A stretch of 64,000 nt of DNA from an uncultured Thermoleophilia bacterium. GTDB taxonomy: Bacteria; Actinomycetota; Thermoleophilia; UBA2241. The position numbers were made by a program, and so were the translations under genes. Below the pieces are notes generated by a model. That model made no database searches, had not been told where the DNA came from, and was given only the letters and a program-made list of their open reading frames with translations. The stretch's first letter is position 1. Each line of letters starts with the position of its first letter. This document shows positions 1-9,213 of this stretch, in pieces. The DNA is taken from assembly GCA_963702475.1 (NCBI GenBank), contig CAVPCT010000001.1:1-64000 (forward strand). Direction: 5' to 3'.

Positions 1-219
1 CCGGTCGACCACGTCCTCGGGGTCGAAGTCCTTGACCTCGCCCGCTATGCGGGTCTCGACGCGCGAAGCGTCGAAGCGCGTGATCGCCTCGATGCCGCTC
101 TGGCCGGCGATCAACCGGCCCCAGGCGGTATCCACGTCGTTGCCCAGGGGGCAGACGATGCCCATCCCGGTGACCACGACGCGGCGCGGTCCGTCATCCC
201 TATCCTGTCTCTCCGTCAC
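1..219 (-). CDS. fabF: beta-ketoacyl-ACP synthase II, N-terminal part (runs off window)
   Basis: Reverse strand reads [67 protein letters not shown], the classic KAS-II N-terminus; GTG start overlaps upstream TGA (GTGA). Confidence 0.9.
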   Translation of the reverse strand, partial: MTERQDRDDGPRRVVVTGMGIVCPLGNDVDTAWGRLIAGQSGIEAITRFDASRVETRIAGEVKDFDPEDVVDR

Positions 220-1286
220 GGCTTCGCCGCTCTCTCCCCGGCGCCGCTCGCCCGCTCGGACCTCGGGGCCAGCAGGTAGTGTGACACCCCCCAGTCCCGC
301 CCCTCGCCGAACGCGAACGTCTCGGCGCAGGCCAGCAGGAAGAGCCGCCAGTCGGACCACCACCGGGCCTCCGCGTCGGGGCCGTACGTCCGGGCCAGGA
401 TCGGCCGGATCGCCTCCGTACGCGCGTCGTAGCTGCGCAGCCAGTGCTCGAGCGTGCGGGCGTAGTGCTCGCCGCTCAGCCACCACCGTTCCTCTGTGAC
501 GAGGTCGTCGTCGAACTGGAGGAAGAGGTCGTGCGCGGGCATCTGCCCGCCGCTGAAGAACCGCGAGCCCATCCAGTCGCGAGGGTCCTCGGCGCTGAAC
601 GTGTAGGCGAAGCGTACGTGACTGAAGACGTGCACGAAGACGCGCCCGTCGGGTTGCAGCCAGCGCCGCAGCCGGGCAAAGAGCTCACCGTAGTCGCGCA
701 CATGCTCGAACATCTCCACTGAGAGGATGCGGTCGAAGCGCCGGCGCGGATCGAAGGTCGCGATGTCGGCCGTGAGCGGCGTCACGTCGCCGCTTCCGGC
801 GCGCGCGCTCGCCGCGGCGATGTGCTCGGCTTGGCTGCGCGAGTTGGACATCGCCGTCACCCGGCAGTGCGGGTATCGCTCGGCGATGAACAGCGCCAGC
901 GATCCCCAACCGCAGCCCAGGTCCAGCACGTCCATGCCGTCCTCGAGGCCGGCGCGCTCGCAGGTGAGCGCCAGCATCGCCTCCTCGGCGGCCGCCAGGT
1001 CATCGACCTCCGGCGGCCACAGGCAGCAGCTGTACTTGAGCCGCGGCCCCAGGAACTCGGTGAAGAAGGCCGTGGGCAGCTCGTAGTGTTGCCGGTTCGC
1101 CGCCTCCTGGTGGATCACCAGGGGACCGGCGGACAGCTCGGCGGCGTAGCTGCGTAGCGCCGCCGTGTCATCGCCGTCCGCCGCGGCCTCGAGCCGCTGC
1201 AGGAGCTCCCGCAGGCGCCGGCGTATCATCCGGCGCAGCAGCGCGTCCGGCACGCGGCCCGTCGCAAGGGCTCCCTGGTCCTTCAT
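216..1286 (-). CDS. cyclopropane-fatty-acyl-phospholipid synthase-like SAM methyltransferase (COG2230)
   Basis: [36 protein letters not shown] motifs; ATG 1286 with GGAGAGG RBS. Confidence 0.85.
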   Translation of the reverse strand: MKDQGALATGRVPDALLRRMIRRRLRELLQRLEAAADGDDTAALRSYAAELSAGPLVIHQEAANRQHYELPTAFFTEFLGPRLKYSCCLWPPEVDDLAAAEEAMLALTCERAGLEDGMDVLDLGCGWGSLALFIAERYPHCRVTAMSNSRSQAEHIAAASARAGSGDVTPLTADIATFDPRRRFDRILSVEMFEHVRDYGELFARLRRWLQPDGRVFVHVFSHVRFAYTFSAEDPRDWMGSRFFSGGQMPAHDLFLQFDDDLVTEERWWLSGEHYARTLEHWLRSYDARTEAIRPILARTYGPDAEARWWSDWRLFLLACAETFAFGEGRDWGVSHYLLAPRSERASGAGERAAKP

Positions 1287-1519
1287 CGCCGCCTCTCCTT
1301 CGGATGACGGCGCGAGTGTACCCCGTGCGCCCGGTCCGCGCTCGGCGGACCGACCACCGGACGGGCGCTCCCGAGCCTCTGCGCCCACCCGCGGGCCAGA
1401 GACAAGGAGCACCTTGCGAAGTCGACGCGTGACCTCCCCTTGGCTCGGCCTTCGCCACTTGCTCATCGGGCTGGGGACCGTGGAGCGGCGTCATCGCGGA
1501 GCGACGGAGGCCCTTCGTT

Positions 1520-1608
1520 CCTGCGGGCGCCGCCCCTTCGTCGAGCGTCACGTGCGGCAGCCACTCGAGCCACCGCGGCAGGTACCAGTTCCAGTCGCCG
1601 AGCAAGGC
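1520..1608 (-). pseudogene. C-terminal scrap of MMPL/RND-family membrane protein
   Basis: LLGDWNWYLPRWLEWLPHV is the typical actinobacterial MMPL C-terminal signature; rest of gene absent. Confidence 0.55.
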
Positions 1609-1995
1609 CTCAGGGAGCTCGTGGAGGCTGAGGGCATCGACTGCACCCGGGTCGCCTACGACCAGCCTTCGCAGCACTCCGCGGTCGTCGTCGCGCGCGA
1701 GGACGCGACGCGGACGATCAGCTGGCTGCCGCAGCCGAAGGCGGACGCGCGCATGCGCGCGCGGCTCCCGGGATTCCTCGAGGGCGTCGACGTCGTGCGC
1801 CTGGACTTCACAGATCGGAGGCTGGCCGTGGCGGCGCTCGACGAAAGCGAGCGGAGGGGCATCACCACGGTCATCGACACAGGGTCCGGACGGCCGTGGA
1901 CGTCGAGCCTGCTGGACCGGGTCCATCACATGCTCGCCCCCGAGAAGTACGTGCTGAACGCAACGGGGCACCGAGCGGAGGAGGCGGTCGTCGAG
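1609..1995 (+). pseudogene. internal fragment of PfkB-family carbohydrate kinase
   Basis: ELVEAEGIDC...SAVVVAREDATRTI...GITTVIDTGS; no start and no C-terminal DTxGAGD motif. Confidence 0.55.
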
Positions 1996-2329
1996 CGCCG
2001 AGTGCTTCGACCTCGCTGTATGGTCCGCGGCGCTGAAGGTCACCCGGCGCGGCAACACCGGCATCCCGACGTTGGACCAGCTGGAGGACGCGCGCTCGCT
2101 GGGTCGTGTAGGCGGGTGCTTGTGACGCCGGAGGCCGGCGACTGACGGCAGGCGGTGCGCGATCCGGCGGCCGAGGCCGAGGCGGGGAGCAGGCCGTCGA
2201 GCGGGCGGGCCTGCTCAGGGTGACCGGGCCTCCACGCCGACGGTGACGTGGTGCCGCGCGTCACGTGGTCCGGCGGTTGACACTCGCTGCTCAGGGGAAA
2301 CCTCCGGGAACCCAATCAGGAGGGTCATG

Positions 2330-2650
2330 ATGGCCAAGTTCCTTGTTCGCGCCACGTACAGCGCCGAAGGCGTGCGCGGTCTGCTCAGAGACGGAGGCAC
2401 GGGACGCCGCGACGCGGTAGCCGCTCTCGTCGAGTCGCTCGGGGGTACGCTCGAGTCCTTCTACTTCGCGTTCGGCGACCGCGACGTCTACGCGGTCATC
2501 GACGCCGACGACAAGGTCACGGTCGCGGCGGCGAGCCTCGCGGTCAGCGCCAGTGGAGCCACGCGCTCCGAGGTCGTCGTCCTGTTGACGCCGGACGAGG
2601 TCGACGAGGCGACCAGGAAGACCGTCACCTACCGAGCACCGGGGGCATGA
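2330..2650 (+). CDS. GYD domain protein
   Basis: MAKFLVRATYSAEGVRGLL...VESLGGTLESFYFAFGDRDVY...YRAPG; AGGAGG RBS. Confidence 0.85.
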   Translation: MAKFLVRATYSAEGVRGLLRDGGTGRRDAVAALVESLGGTLESFYFAFGDRDVYAVIDADDKVTVAAASLAVSASGATRSEVVVLLTPDEVDEATRKTVTYRAPGA

Positions 2651-2996
2651 GCTCGAGCCACGGCATGCGGGTCGGCCAGGACGCCCCCCGAGCGGGCAAG
2701 GGGGGCGCGGGGCCGGACCCGTGAGGTGGATGGGGCGAAGCGCCTGACCTCCGCGGTGCGGGCAGGAGTCCGCGGCGATCCCGTGGCCGCGACAGAACGC
2801 TTCGCGTCAACCAAGGTGCTGGACGCCAACCCACACAGGCTTCGGGTGAAGCCCGGGGTGAGTCTCATCCTCGCGACCTGCGTGCGGCGTTTGCGCGTGA
2901 AGCGTGGCGGACGCAACACGATCCTGCAGTCGCACCTGCCTCCTCCGAGGTGCTCAGGGACCCTTCGCCCAGGGCCGCGACAGCCATGGACGAGTG

Positions 2997-3043
2997 CGAG
3001 ACGGGCCGACGCGCCTCGCCCCGGGGCGCGTCGGCCCGTCTCG
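2997..3043. terminator. GC-rich 19-bp perfect inverted repeat (terminator-like)
   Basis: CGAGACGGGCCGACGCGCC / GGCGCGTCGGCCCGTCTCG. Confidence 0.6.
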
Positions 3044-3100
3044 TGGTGCTACCGGAACGTGACGCAGCCACCGTGAGTCGTGCCCGTCCCCGTTCGTCCG

Positions 3101-3151
3101 AGAATCACCTGATTCCGGTGAAGACAACCCTCCGAGCGCCCTCCTATCATG
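3101..3151 (+). promoter_or_regulatory. operator (TCACC-N7-GGTGA) + promoter with TATCAT -10; copy 1
   Basis: 43/51 identity to 17762-17812; upstream of a secreted-protein gene. Confidence 0.65.
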
Positions 3152-3265
3152 CAATCGAGACGCGCGGCGTGCGTCATCAAGCCCGTCCACCGGCGAGCGA
3201 GGGGCCTATGACCGTGACCAGTACCCGGCGGGAACGACCGAATGATGGGTGAGGAGGGAGTTCTC

Positions 3266-3772
3266 ATGAAGGCGAGACTGATTTTCCTGGGTGTCGTCGT
3301 GGCAGTCGCCGTCACGATGGCGCCTGTGGCTTGGGCCGGTTCGCACCGCGCAACGACGCGGGTGTCGGGCGGCTGGTCGTGGGTCAACGTCAGTTCCACG
3401 GAGACGACGCTGACCGGCGGTAACAAGCTGTTCGCGGGTGACGAGATCGGCACCTGGACGGGCACCTTCAAGGGTACGTCGTACGACACCTTCGCGATGA
3501 CGCTGACGCCGCCGTTCGACTGGGACAACAACGACTACGGGCCTGCCTGGGGCACGCTGATGTCCTACTACACCGGCACGGTGGCCGGCAAGAAGGGCAG
3601 CATGGTGGTGTTCTTCACCATCGAGGAGCCCGCAGACGACCCGGTCATGGTCGGGCACTGGGTCATCATGTGCGGTACGGAGGGGCTGGCGAACCTTCGT
3701 GGGAGTGGCACGTGGGTCAGCTCCGGCGTGGACTCGAGCGCCACGTACAAGGGGAGGATCGCCTGGAAGTGA
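3266..3772 (+). CDS. secreted hypothetical protein (beta-rich, DUF3224/lipocalin-like barrel possible)
   Basis: Signal peptide MKARLIFLGVVVAVAVTMAPVAWA; GTEGLANLRGSGT motif; GAGGAGG RBS. Confidence 0.7.
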   Translation: MKARLIFLGVVVAVAVTMAPVAWAGSHRATTRVSGGWSWVNVSSTETTLTGGNKLFAGDEIGTWTGTFKGTSYDTFAMTLTPPFDWDNNDYGPAWGTLMSYYTGTVAGKKGSMVVFFTIEEPADDPVMVGHWVIMCGTEGLANLRGSGTWVSSGVDSSATYKGRIAWK

Positions 3773-3906
3773 GCCGGCACACCGACCCGGGGGGCTCGCC
3801 GCTGGAGGTGCTCATCCTGGAGCCGAATACTCGGCTGCGCGCGCGTCCCGCGACCCGGTCATGGCACGAGAATCGGATTCAGGTGAAGACGCCGGTCAAT
3901 CAGGAT

Positions 3907-4431
3907 TCACGGACTGACACCGTCGGACCGTCCGTCAGCAGGCGGGCGGTCCGTCGCGTAGGTCGCGACGACCGCCGCGACCGCATCCAGGTACCGGCCG
4001 ATGCGCCGCCGGTCCTCGGCAGTCAGCCCACGCGTAAGCTCCATCATGTCGTCCACCATCGGGCGCAGTTGAGCCATGGTCTCTGAGCGGGCCTCATCGG
4101 TGAGACGCACGAGGAGCCTGCGTCTGTCACTCGGATGAGGTTCGCGGACCACGTGACCGCGCTGCTCCAGCCTGTCGAGCAGCGCGGTCACCGCGCCGGT
4201 CCGCAGGTGCAGGCGGTGAGCGAGCTCGGTGGGCCCGAGGTCGCCGTCCATGGCGAGCCACGAGATGGCGAGAAGCTCGGCCTGAGTCATGCTCATGCGG
4301 CTCGAGATCTCGAGGTGCATGCCCGCCAGCGCCATATCGAGCCGACGCACGGCTTGAGCGAGATCGTCGGGCTCGTACTCGAAACTGGCGGCGTCCCTGC
4401 TCTCTGCCACGTCGTCTTCTGCCATTTTCAC
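3907..4431 (-). CDS. MarR family transcriptional regulator
   Basis: GPTELAHRLHLRTGAVTALLDRLEQRGHVVREPHPSDRRRLLVRLT; TAGTAT just upstream suggests leaderless start. Confidence 0.9.
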   Translation of the reverse strand: MKMAEDDVAESRDAASFEYEPDDLAQAVRRLDMALAGMHLEISSRMSMTQAELLAISWLAMDGDLGPTELAHRLHLRTGAVTALLDRLEQRGHVVREPHPSDRRRLLVRLTDEARSETMAQLRPMVDDMMELTRGLTAEDRRRIGRYLDAVAAVVATYATDRPPADGRSDGVSP

Positions 4432-4571
4432 TCCATACTAGAGTAACTTGATGATTGAGTTGAACAACCAAGGGGTAATTATACTGCGACCTGGTGAAGC
4501 AAGCCAGCATGAGCGCCGCCTCCTGAAGAACCCAAGGGTGGGAGTGCGGCAGAGCAGGAGGTAGCAGCAAC

Positions 4572-5105
4572 ATGAGACGCGTTTGGATCATCATCGCGGT
4601 GGTGGCGCTCCTGGCACTGCCCGCCGTCATCGCGGCGTGTGGCAACTCGGACGAGGCCTCCTCGCCGTCACCCACGCCGACGGCCGCGCAGAAGGACATC
4701 GTCGACACCGCCGTCGAAGCCGGCAGCTTCACGACGCTCGTCTCTTCCGTGCAGGCGGCCGGCCTCGAAGAGACCCTGAGAGGTGAGGGCCCGTTCACCG
4801 TCTTCGCCCCGACGGACGACGCGTTCGCTGCCGTGCCCAAGGAGACGCTCGATTCGCTGCTCGCCGACCCCACGGGTGCCCTCGCCGACGTGCTCACGTA
4901 TCACGTGGTCCCCGGCAAGGTCATGTCCACCGATCTCTCGGACGGCATGGAGGTCGAGACCGTGAACGGAGCGACCATCATGATCACGGTCAATGACGAC
5001 GGGACGGTGCAGATCAACGACGCTACCGTGACGACCGCCGACATCGAGACGTCCAACGGCGTCATCCATGTCATCGACGCGGTCCTCATCCCGCCCGCCA
5101 ACTGA
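4572..5105 (+). CDS. fasciclin (FAS1) domain lipoprotein
   Basis: Lipobox IAAC; [35 protein letters not shown]. Confidence 0.93.
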   Translation: MRRVWIIIAVVALLALPAVIAACGNSDEASSPSPTPTAAQKDIVDTAVEAGSFTTLVSSVQAAGLEETLRGEGPFTVFAPTDDAFAAVPKETLDSLLADPTGALADVLTYHVVPGKVMSTDLSDGMEVETVNGATIMITVNDDGTVQINDATVTTADIETSNGVIHVIDAVLIPPAN

Positions 5106-5120
5106 TCGAACCGCACGGCA

Positions 5121-5160
5121 GGCGGCCCGGCGGGTCTCTCGCGAGACCCGCCGGGCCGCC
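5121..5160. terminator. intrinsic terminator hairpin
   Basis: GGCGGCCCGGCGGGTCTC-TCGC-GAGACCCGCCGGGCCGCC perfect 18-bp stem after fasciclin stop. Confidence 0.8.
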
Positions 5161-5385
5161 GTCGTTTCGGCCACGGCGTCCCGTCGCATACCTGAGCTCG
5201 CATCCCGGCGGCCCGGTGCCTCCGTGGGTCAGGGCCTCTCCCTTGTGCGGGACGAGTCGACGGAGACGCAGCTCCTCCTGAACGTTGGCGAGGACTCTAC
5301 GGTCGTCGCAGGGAGGATCGCGATGCGCGGCGACCGTGTGCAACCGTCGGAATCCGAGGGGTGACCGCCGCGTGCCGGGTCGACG

Positions 5386-6507
5386 TCAGGCTCGTCCTAC
5401 AGGTCGCAGGTGCCCGTCCTTCGACCGCCGTTGGTGAGCCCCGGCGAAGCGGCGCACGCGTCTGGTCTCGTACATGCGCTGGTCGCAGCGCGCCAGGAGC
5501 TCCTCCATGCGGTCGAGGTCCGACCAGGTCGCGACCACGGTCCCGCAACTCAGTGAGAACTGGAACTCGTCGCCGAGGACGGCGCGCACTGAGGCCACGG
5601 CCCGCTCGAACCTTGCCGCGATCGACTGCTGCTCGAGGCGCTCGTCCCTGCCGAGGACCGCCATGGCCACGAACTCGTCGCCGCCGATGCGCGCCACCAC
5701 GTCGTCCTGACGGAAGGTGGCGCGCAGCGTGTCGGCGGCAGCCGCGAGGAGAGCGTCTCCCGCCTTGTGGCCGAGCGTGTCGTTGACCACCTTGAGCCCG
5801 TCGACGTCGACGTACATGACGAGGACGCGCGCGTTGAGCAGGCGCGCGCGCGAGGCGACGCTCTCGACCATGTCGAAGAAGCCGCGGCGGTTGAGCAGTC
5901 CCGTGAGCTTGTCCTCGTTGACCATGCCCAGCAGCCGCTCGGCCTCTTCCTTGCGTACGGCGATGTCGCGCGCGACCGCCAGGCAGAGTGCGCGGCCGCC
6001 GATCTCGACCCTGCGCATGCTGAGCTCCACAGGCAGTCGCGCGCCCCGGACCGTGAACTCCACCGTCTCGAACACGCGCTTGCCCCCGGTCATCATCGTC
6101 CGCACATCATCGGTGAACTGCCGCCACGCCTCGGGCGCCACGATGTCCACGAGGGTCAGCTCCAGAAGCCGCCTGCGCGGGTACCCGAGCGACGCGCAGG
6201 CGGCACCGTTGACCTCCACGAGCGCCCCGGGCTCGCCGATCTCGTCCAACGAGAAGACGAGGATGCTGTCGCTGCACGCATCGAAGAGCGCCCGGTAGCG
6301 GCGCTCGGTGGCGATCTGCTGGTCGTGCGCCGCCCTCAGGGCCGCGATCGTCGCCAGCAGTGCATGGCGCTGTGAGAGCGCCGTCAGCACCACGAGGGCG
6401 AAGAGCAGCACACCGAGCACGCCCTGGGTGGCGGGCGGGGCGAACCACACTGCCGCGGCGACGACGGCCGCGCAGGAGACCGTGACGAATGTCGGCCAGC
6501 GCTTCAC
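5386..6507 (-). CDS. membrane-anchored PAS-GGDEF diguanylate cyclase
   Basis: 2 TM helices, PAS (YRALFD...VNGAACASLGY), DKLTGLLNRRGF, ARIGGDEF with RQDD I-site. Confidence 0.9.
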   Translation of the reverse strand: MKRWPTFVTVSCAAVVAAAVWFAPPATQGVLGVLLFALVVLTALSQRHALLATIAALRAAHDQQIATERRYRALFDACSDSILVFSLDEIGEPGALVEVNGAACASLGYPRRRLLELTLVDIVAPEAWRQFTDDVRTMMTGGKRVFETVEFTVRGARLPVELSMRRVEIGGRALCLAVARDIAVRKEEAERLLGMVNEDKLTGLLNRRGFFDMVESVASRARLLNARVLVMYVDVDGLKVVNDTLGHKAGDALLAAAADTLRATFRQDDVVARIGGDEFVAMAVLGRDERLEQQSIAARFERAVASVRAVLGDEFQFSLSCGTVVATWSDLDRMEELLARCDQRMYETRRVRRFAGAHQRRSKDGHLRPVGRA

Positions 6508-6894
6508 CCGTCGCCTCGACTCGCGTTCCTTCTGCCCACCACGTGCGCCACCTGTGCTCCCGGTCGGTCGTGTGCAGCTCACCCTCTTCAGCAGCACCAT
6601 CGGATAGACCCGCCCTCGCTGCAAGGCCCCTTAGACGGATGTACGCAGGCCACGGCGCATCTGCAGTCGTCGCACGCCGGCTCGCTAGACGCATGTTCCA
6701 GCGAGTCGGCCGGCGCCGGCGGGCTCTGAGGCACTGCCTCAACCGCGCTGCCCTCAGGCCCCTGTCGCGTGCCCCGCCTACCCGACGGGACCTGATAGCC
6801 TGTCATCCGGAAGCCGAGCGCGATGCCGGAAGGCCACGCTCGGCTCATGGGACGAGAAGAACGGCACGAGCGCTACGGACGCACGAGGGGCGAC

Positions 6895-7845
6895 ATGCAC
6901 CCGCTCTCCGAAGGCTACGTCCTGCGAACGCTGACCATCGGCGATCTGGCCGCGGTCCAGGCACTCCTGGACGAGTGTGAGTCGGCCGACACCGGCGAGC
7001 CGTGCGTGCATGAGCTGGACATCGCGGTCGAGGTCCGCAGTCATTGGTTCGACCTTGAGCACGGAGCCTGGGTGGTCGTCGCTCCCGGTGGACGGCTCGC
7101 CGGAGCCGGCTGGGTCCACAGGCCGGAGCACGACGGCACCATCACTTCGGACCACTACGTGCGGCCGGACCTCAGGGACATCGGCCTGGACGACGTGTTT
7201 CTCGACCTCATCGAGGAGCGCGCCACATGGTATGGGCATCAAGGGCGAGTTGCCGGAGCCATGCGGCTGCTCTCCTTCTGTGAGCCGCTGTTGGAGAGCC
7301 GTCGCCGGCTGCTGGCCGCGCGCGGTTTCCACGTCGTGCGCGAGCTCTACCAGATGCGCCTCGATCTCACCGAGCCGCTGTCGCCGGCGAGGTTACCCGC
7401 AGGCGTTGCAGTGCGCATGGCGCGGCCTGGCGACGACGACCGCGCTCTCCACGCGGCATCAGAAGAGGCCTTCAAGGAGCACTTCCTGTACGAGCCGACT
7501 CCCATCGACGAGTGGCGCATGCGCACGGTGCTGCGCGACGCCACAGACCCCAGCTTGTGGCTCGTAGCCTGGCACGGGAGCCAGGTGGCCGGTCAGGTGT
7601 GGGTGCTGCCTCGGGGCGAGGAGGTCTACGTCGAGAGTCTGTCGGTGGCCAAGTCGTGGCGAGGACGCGGCCTCGGTCTGGCGCTGCTGCTCAACGCGTT
7701 CGCCCTGCTGGTGGAGCGGCGCTACCCCTTCGTGCGGTTGTTCGTCGACGCCCAGAACGCCACCGGGGCACTTGAGCTCTACCTGAGGGCCGGCATGACG
7801 GTCGAGCGCCGCTTCGAGGTCTTCGAGAAGGCTGTCGGGGGGTAG
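6895..7845 (+). CDS. tandem GNAT acetyltransferase (MshD-like architecture)
   Basis: Two GNAT lobes; VAKSWRGRGLGLALL, VDAQNATGALELYLRAGM. Confidence 0.85.
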   Translation: MHPLSEGYVLRTLTIGDLAAVQALLDECESADTGEPCVHELDIAVEVRSHWFDLEHGAWVVVAPGGRLAGAGWVHRPEHDGTITSDHYVRPDLRDIGLDDVFLDLIEERATWYGHQGRVAGAMRLLSFCEPLLESRRRLLAARGFHVVRELYQMRLDLTEPLSPARLPAGVAVRMARPGDDDRALHAASEEAFKEHFLYEPTPIDEWRMRTVLRDATDPSLWLVAWHGSQVAGQVWVLPRGEEVYVESLSVAKSWRGRGLGLALLLNAFALLVERRYPFVRLFVDAQNATGALELYLRAGMTVERRFEVFEKAVGG

Positions 7846-7961
7846 GCGGGAGTCAGCATCCTCGGGCACGGCTCTACACCCAGCCCGCAACCCGGACCCC
7901 CTGTTCCTGCTGGAGCAGGACGGGTGCGTCCGAGCTCCCGCGGCATACGTGTCCCCCTCGT

Positions 7962-7993
7962 GGGCCGCCAGCTCAGTCGGGAGAGCGCCGCCT
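7962..7993 (+). repeat. orphan 5' half of tRNA-Ala (att-like remnant)
   Basis: GGGCCGCCAGCTCAGTCGGGAGAGCGCCGCCT = 30/32 identical to tRNA nt 1-32 (18785-18816); similarity extends upstream through the promoter. Confidence 0.85.
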
Positions 7994-8028
7994 GAAGCCG
8001 CGGGACTCCGACCTCACGGGCGCGGTCG

Positions 8029-8967
8029 TCAGTCAATGATCGGCGGCAGGCAGAAGTCCTCAGCGGAACCCCGATCGCGACTGCCGCCGAGCACGCCGTA
8101 TGCCGCGAGCAGCGCGAGCGCCGCGATGATGAGGACCATGCCCGTGGCCTCCACCGCCGTGGGCTGCTCACCAAGCTGGAGCCACGAAGTCACGACCCCG
8201 ACGACGGGTACGGCGAGCGTGCCCAGGCCGGCCGCGCTGGCCGGCAGCGAGCGCAGAGCCACGATCCAGAGGCCTACGCACAGGGCCGTGGCGAGGACTG
8301 CCGAGTACGCCAGGCACAGCCAGAAGATGCCGGTCCACTCCGGCCGGCCGCTCTGCGCCAGCAAGGCGAGGGCGCTCAGAGCGACTGCTCCGACCGCCAG
8401 CTGCCAGGTGGTCAGCGAGAGTACGTCAGCTTGGGCCCGGCACTGCATCAGCTTGACCAGGAGTGCACCTCCCGCCCAAGCGAGTCCGGCGGCGACGGCG
8501 AGGATACCGCCGAGCGCGCCGCCGCTGTCCCACGGACGCACGACGAGGATGAGGCCGGCGAACGCGAGCGACACGGCTGGCCACTGGAGGCCGCGCAGTC
8601 GCTCGCCCAGGAACGGCCAGGCAAGAAGCAGCAGCCAGAACGGCATCGTGTACACCAGCACCGAGACCCTGCCGGCTCCGCCCACGCTGAGCGCGAGGGT
8701 GGCGAGGATGTTGAACAGCGCCGTCTGCAGCAGGCCGATCGGTACCGTCCATCGGAACGGCGGCGGGCGCAGCGGCCGCCCCGTCCCCATGAGCACCAGG
8801 AAGAGGCACCCGGTGCCCAGCGCCGTGATGAGGGCGATGAACGTGAGTGGCTCGGCGTAGTCGAGCGCGATCTTGCTGACCACCCAGCTGTAGCCCCAGA
8901 TCGGCGCGATCCCCGCGAGGGCGAGGACGCCCAGGTGACCCGTACGGTGCTGCTGGGCCTCGGCCAT
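8029..8967 (-). CDS. EamA/DMT family transporter
   Basis: IWGYSWVVSKIAL, ~10 TM helices, two EamA repeats. Confidence 0.9.
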   Translation of the reverse strand: MAEAQQHRTGHLGVLALAGIAPIWGYSWVVSKIALDYAEPLTFIALITALGTGCLFLVLMGTGRPLRPPPFRWTVPIGLLQTALFNILATLALSVGGAGRVSVLVYTMPFWLLLLAWPFLGERLRGLQWPAVSLAFAGLILVVRPWDSGGALGGILAVAAGLAWAGGALLVKLMQCRAQADVLSLTTWQLAVGAVALSALALLAQSGRPEWTGIFWLCLAYSAVLATALCVGLWIVALRSLPASAAGLGTLAVPVVGVVTSWLQLGEQPTAVEATGMVLIIAALALLAAYGVLGGSRDRGSAEDFCLPPIID

Positions 8968-9213
8968 GTCGCCATGCTATCCGACACTTCGCATCGTCGG
9001 TCGCCTCAGTCGTTGTCCGAGGTAAGCGATCCTGTCGATCCACGCGGAAACCCATGAAGGACGCAGTCCGGCTGTGCTCCTCGCACGCCTGCGCGACGTG
9101 TTCGCGCTCGGGTCTCAACGCCACTGGCATCGCCGGCGGGCCCGAAGGGAACACATGCCTACCGGCACCGGACGGCGCTTCGCCGGCCGCGGCCGCACAC
9201 GGTCATCTGGGAG

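Noticed and set aside
6510-6890. Riboswitch upstream of the diguanylate cyclase
   Set aside because: One hairpin (~6678-6712) but no recognisable c-di-GMP or other aptamer consensus.
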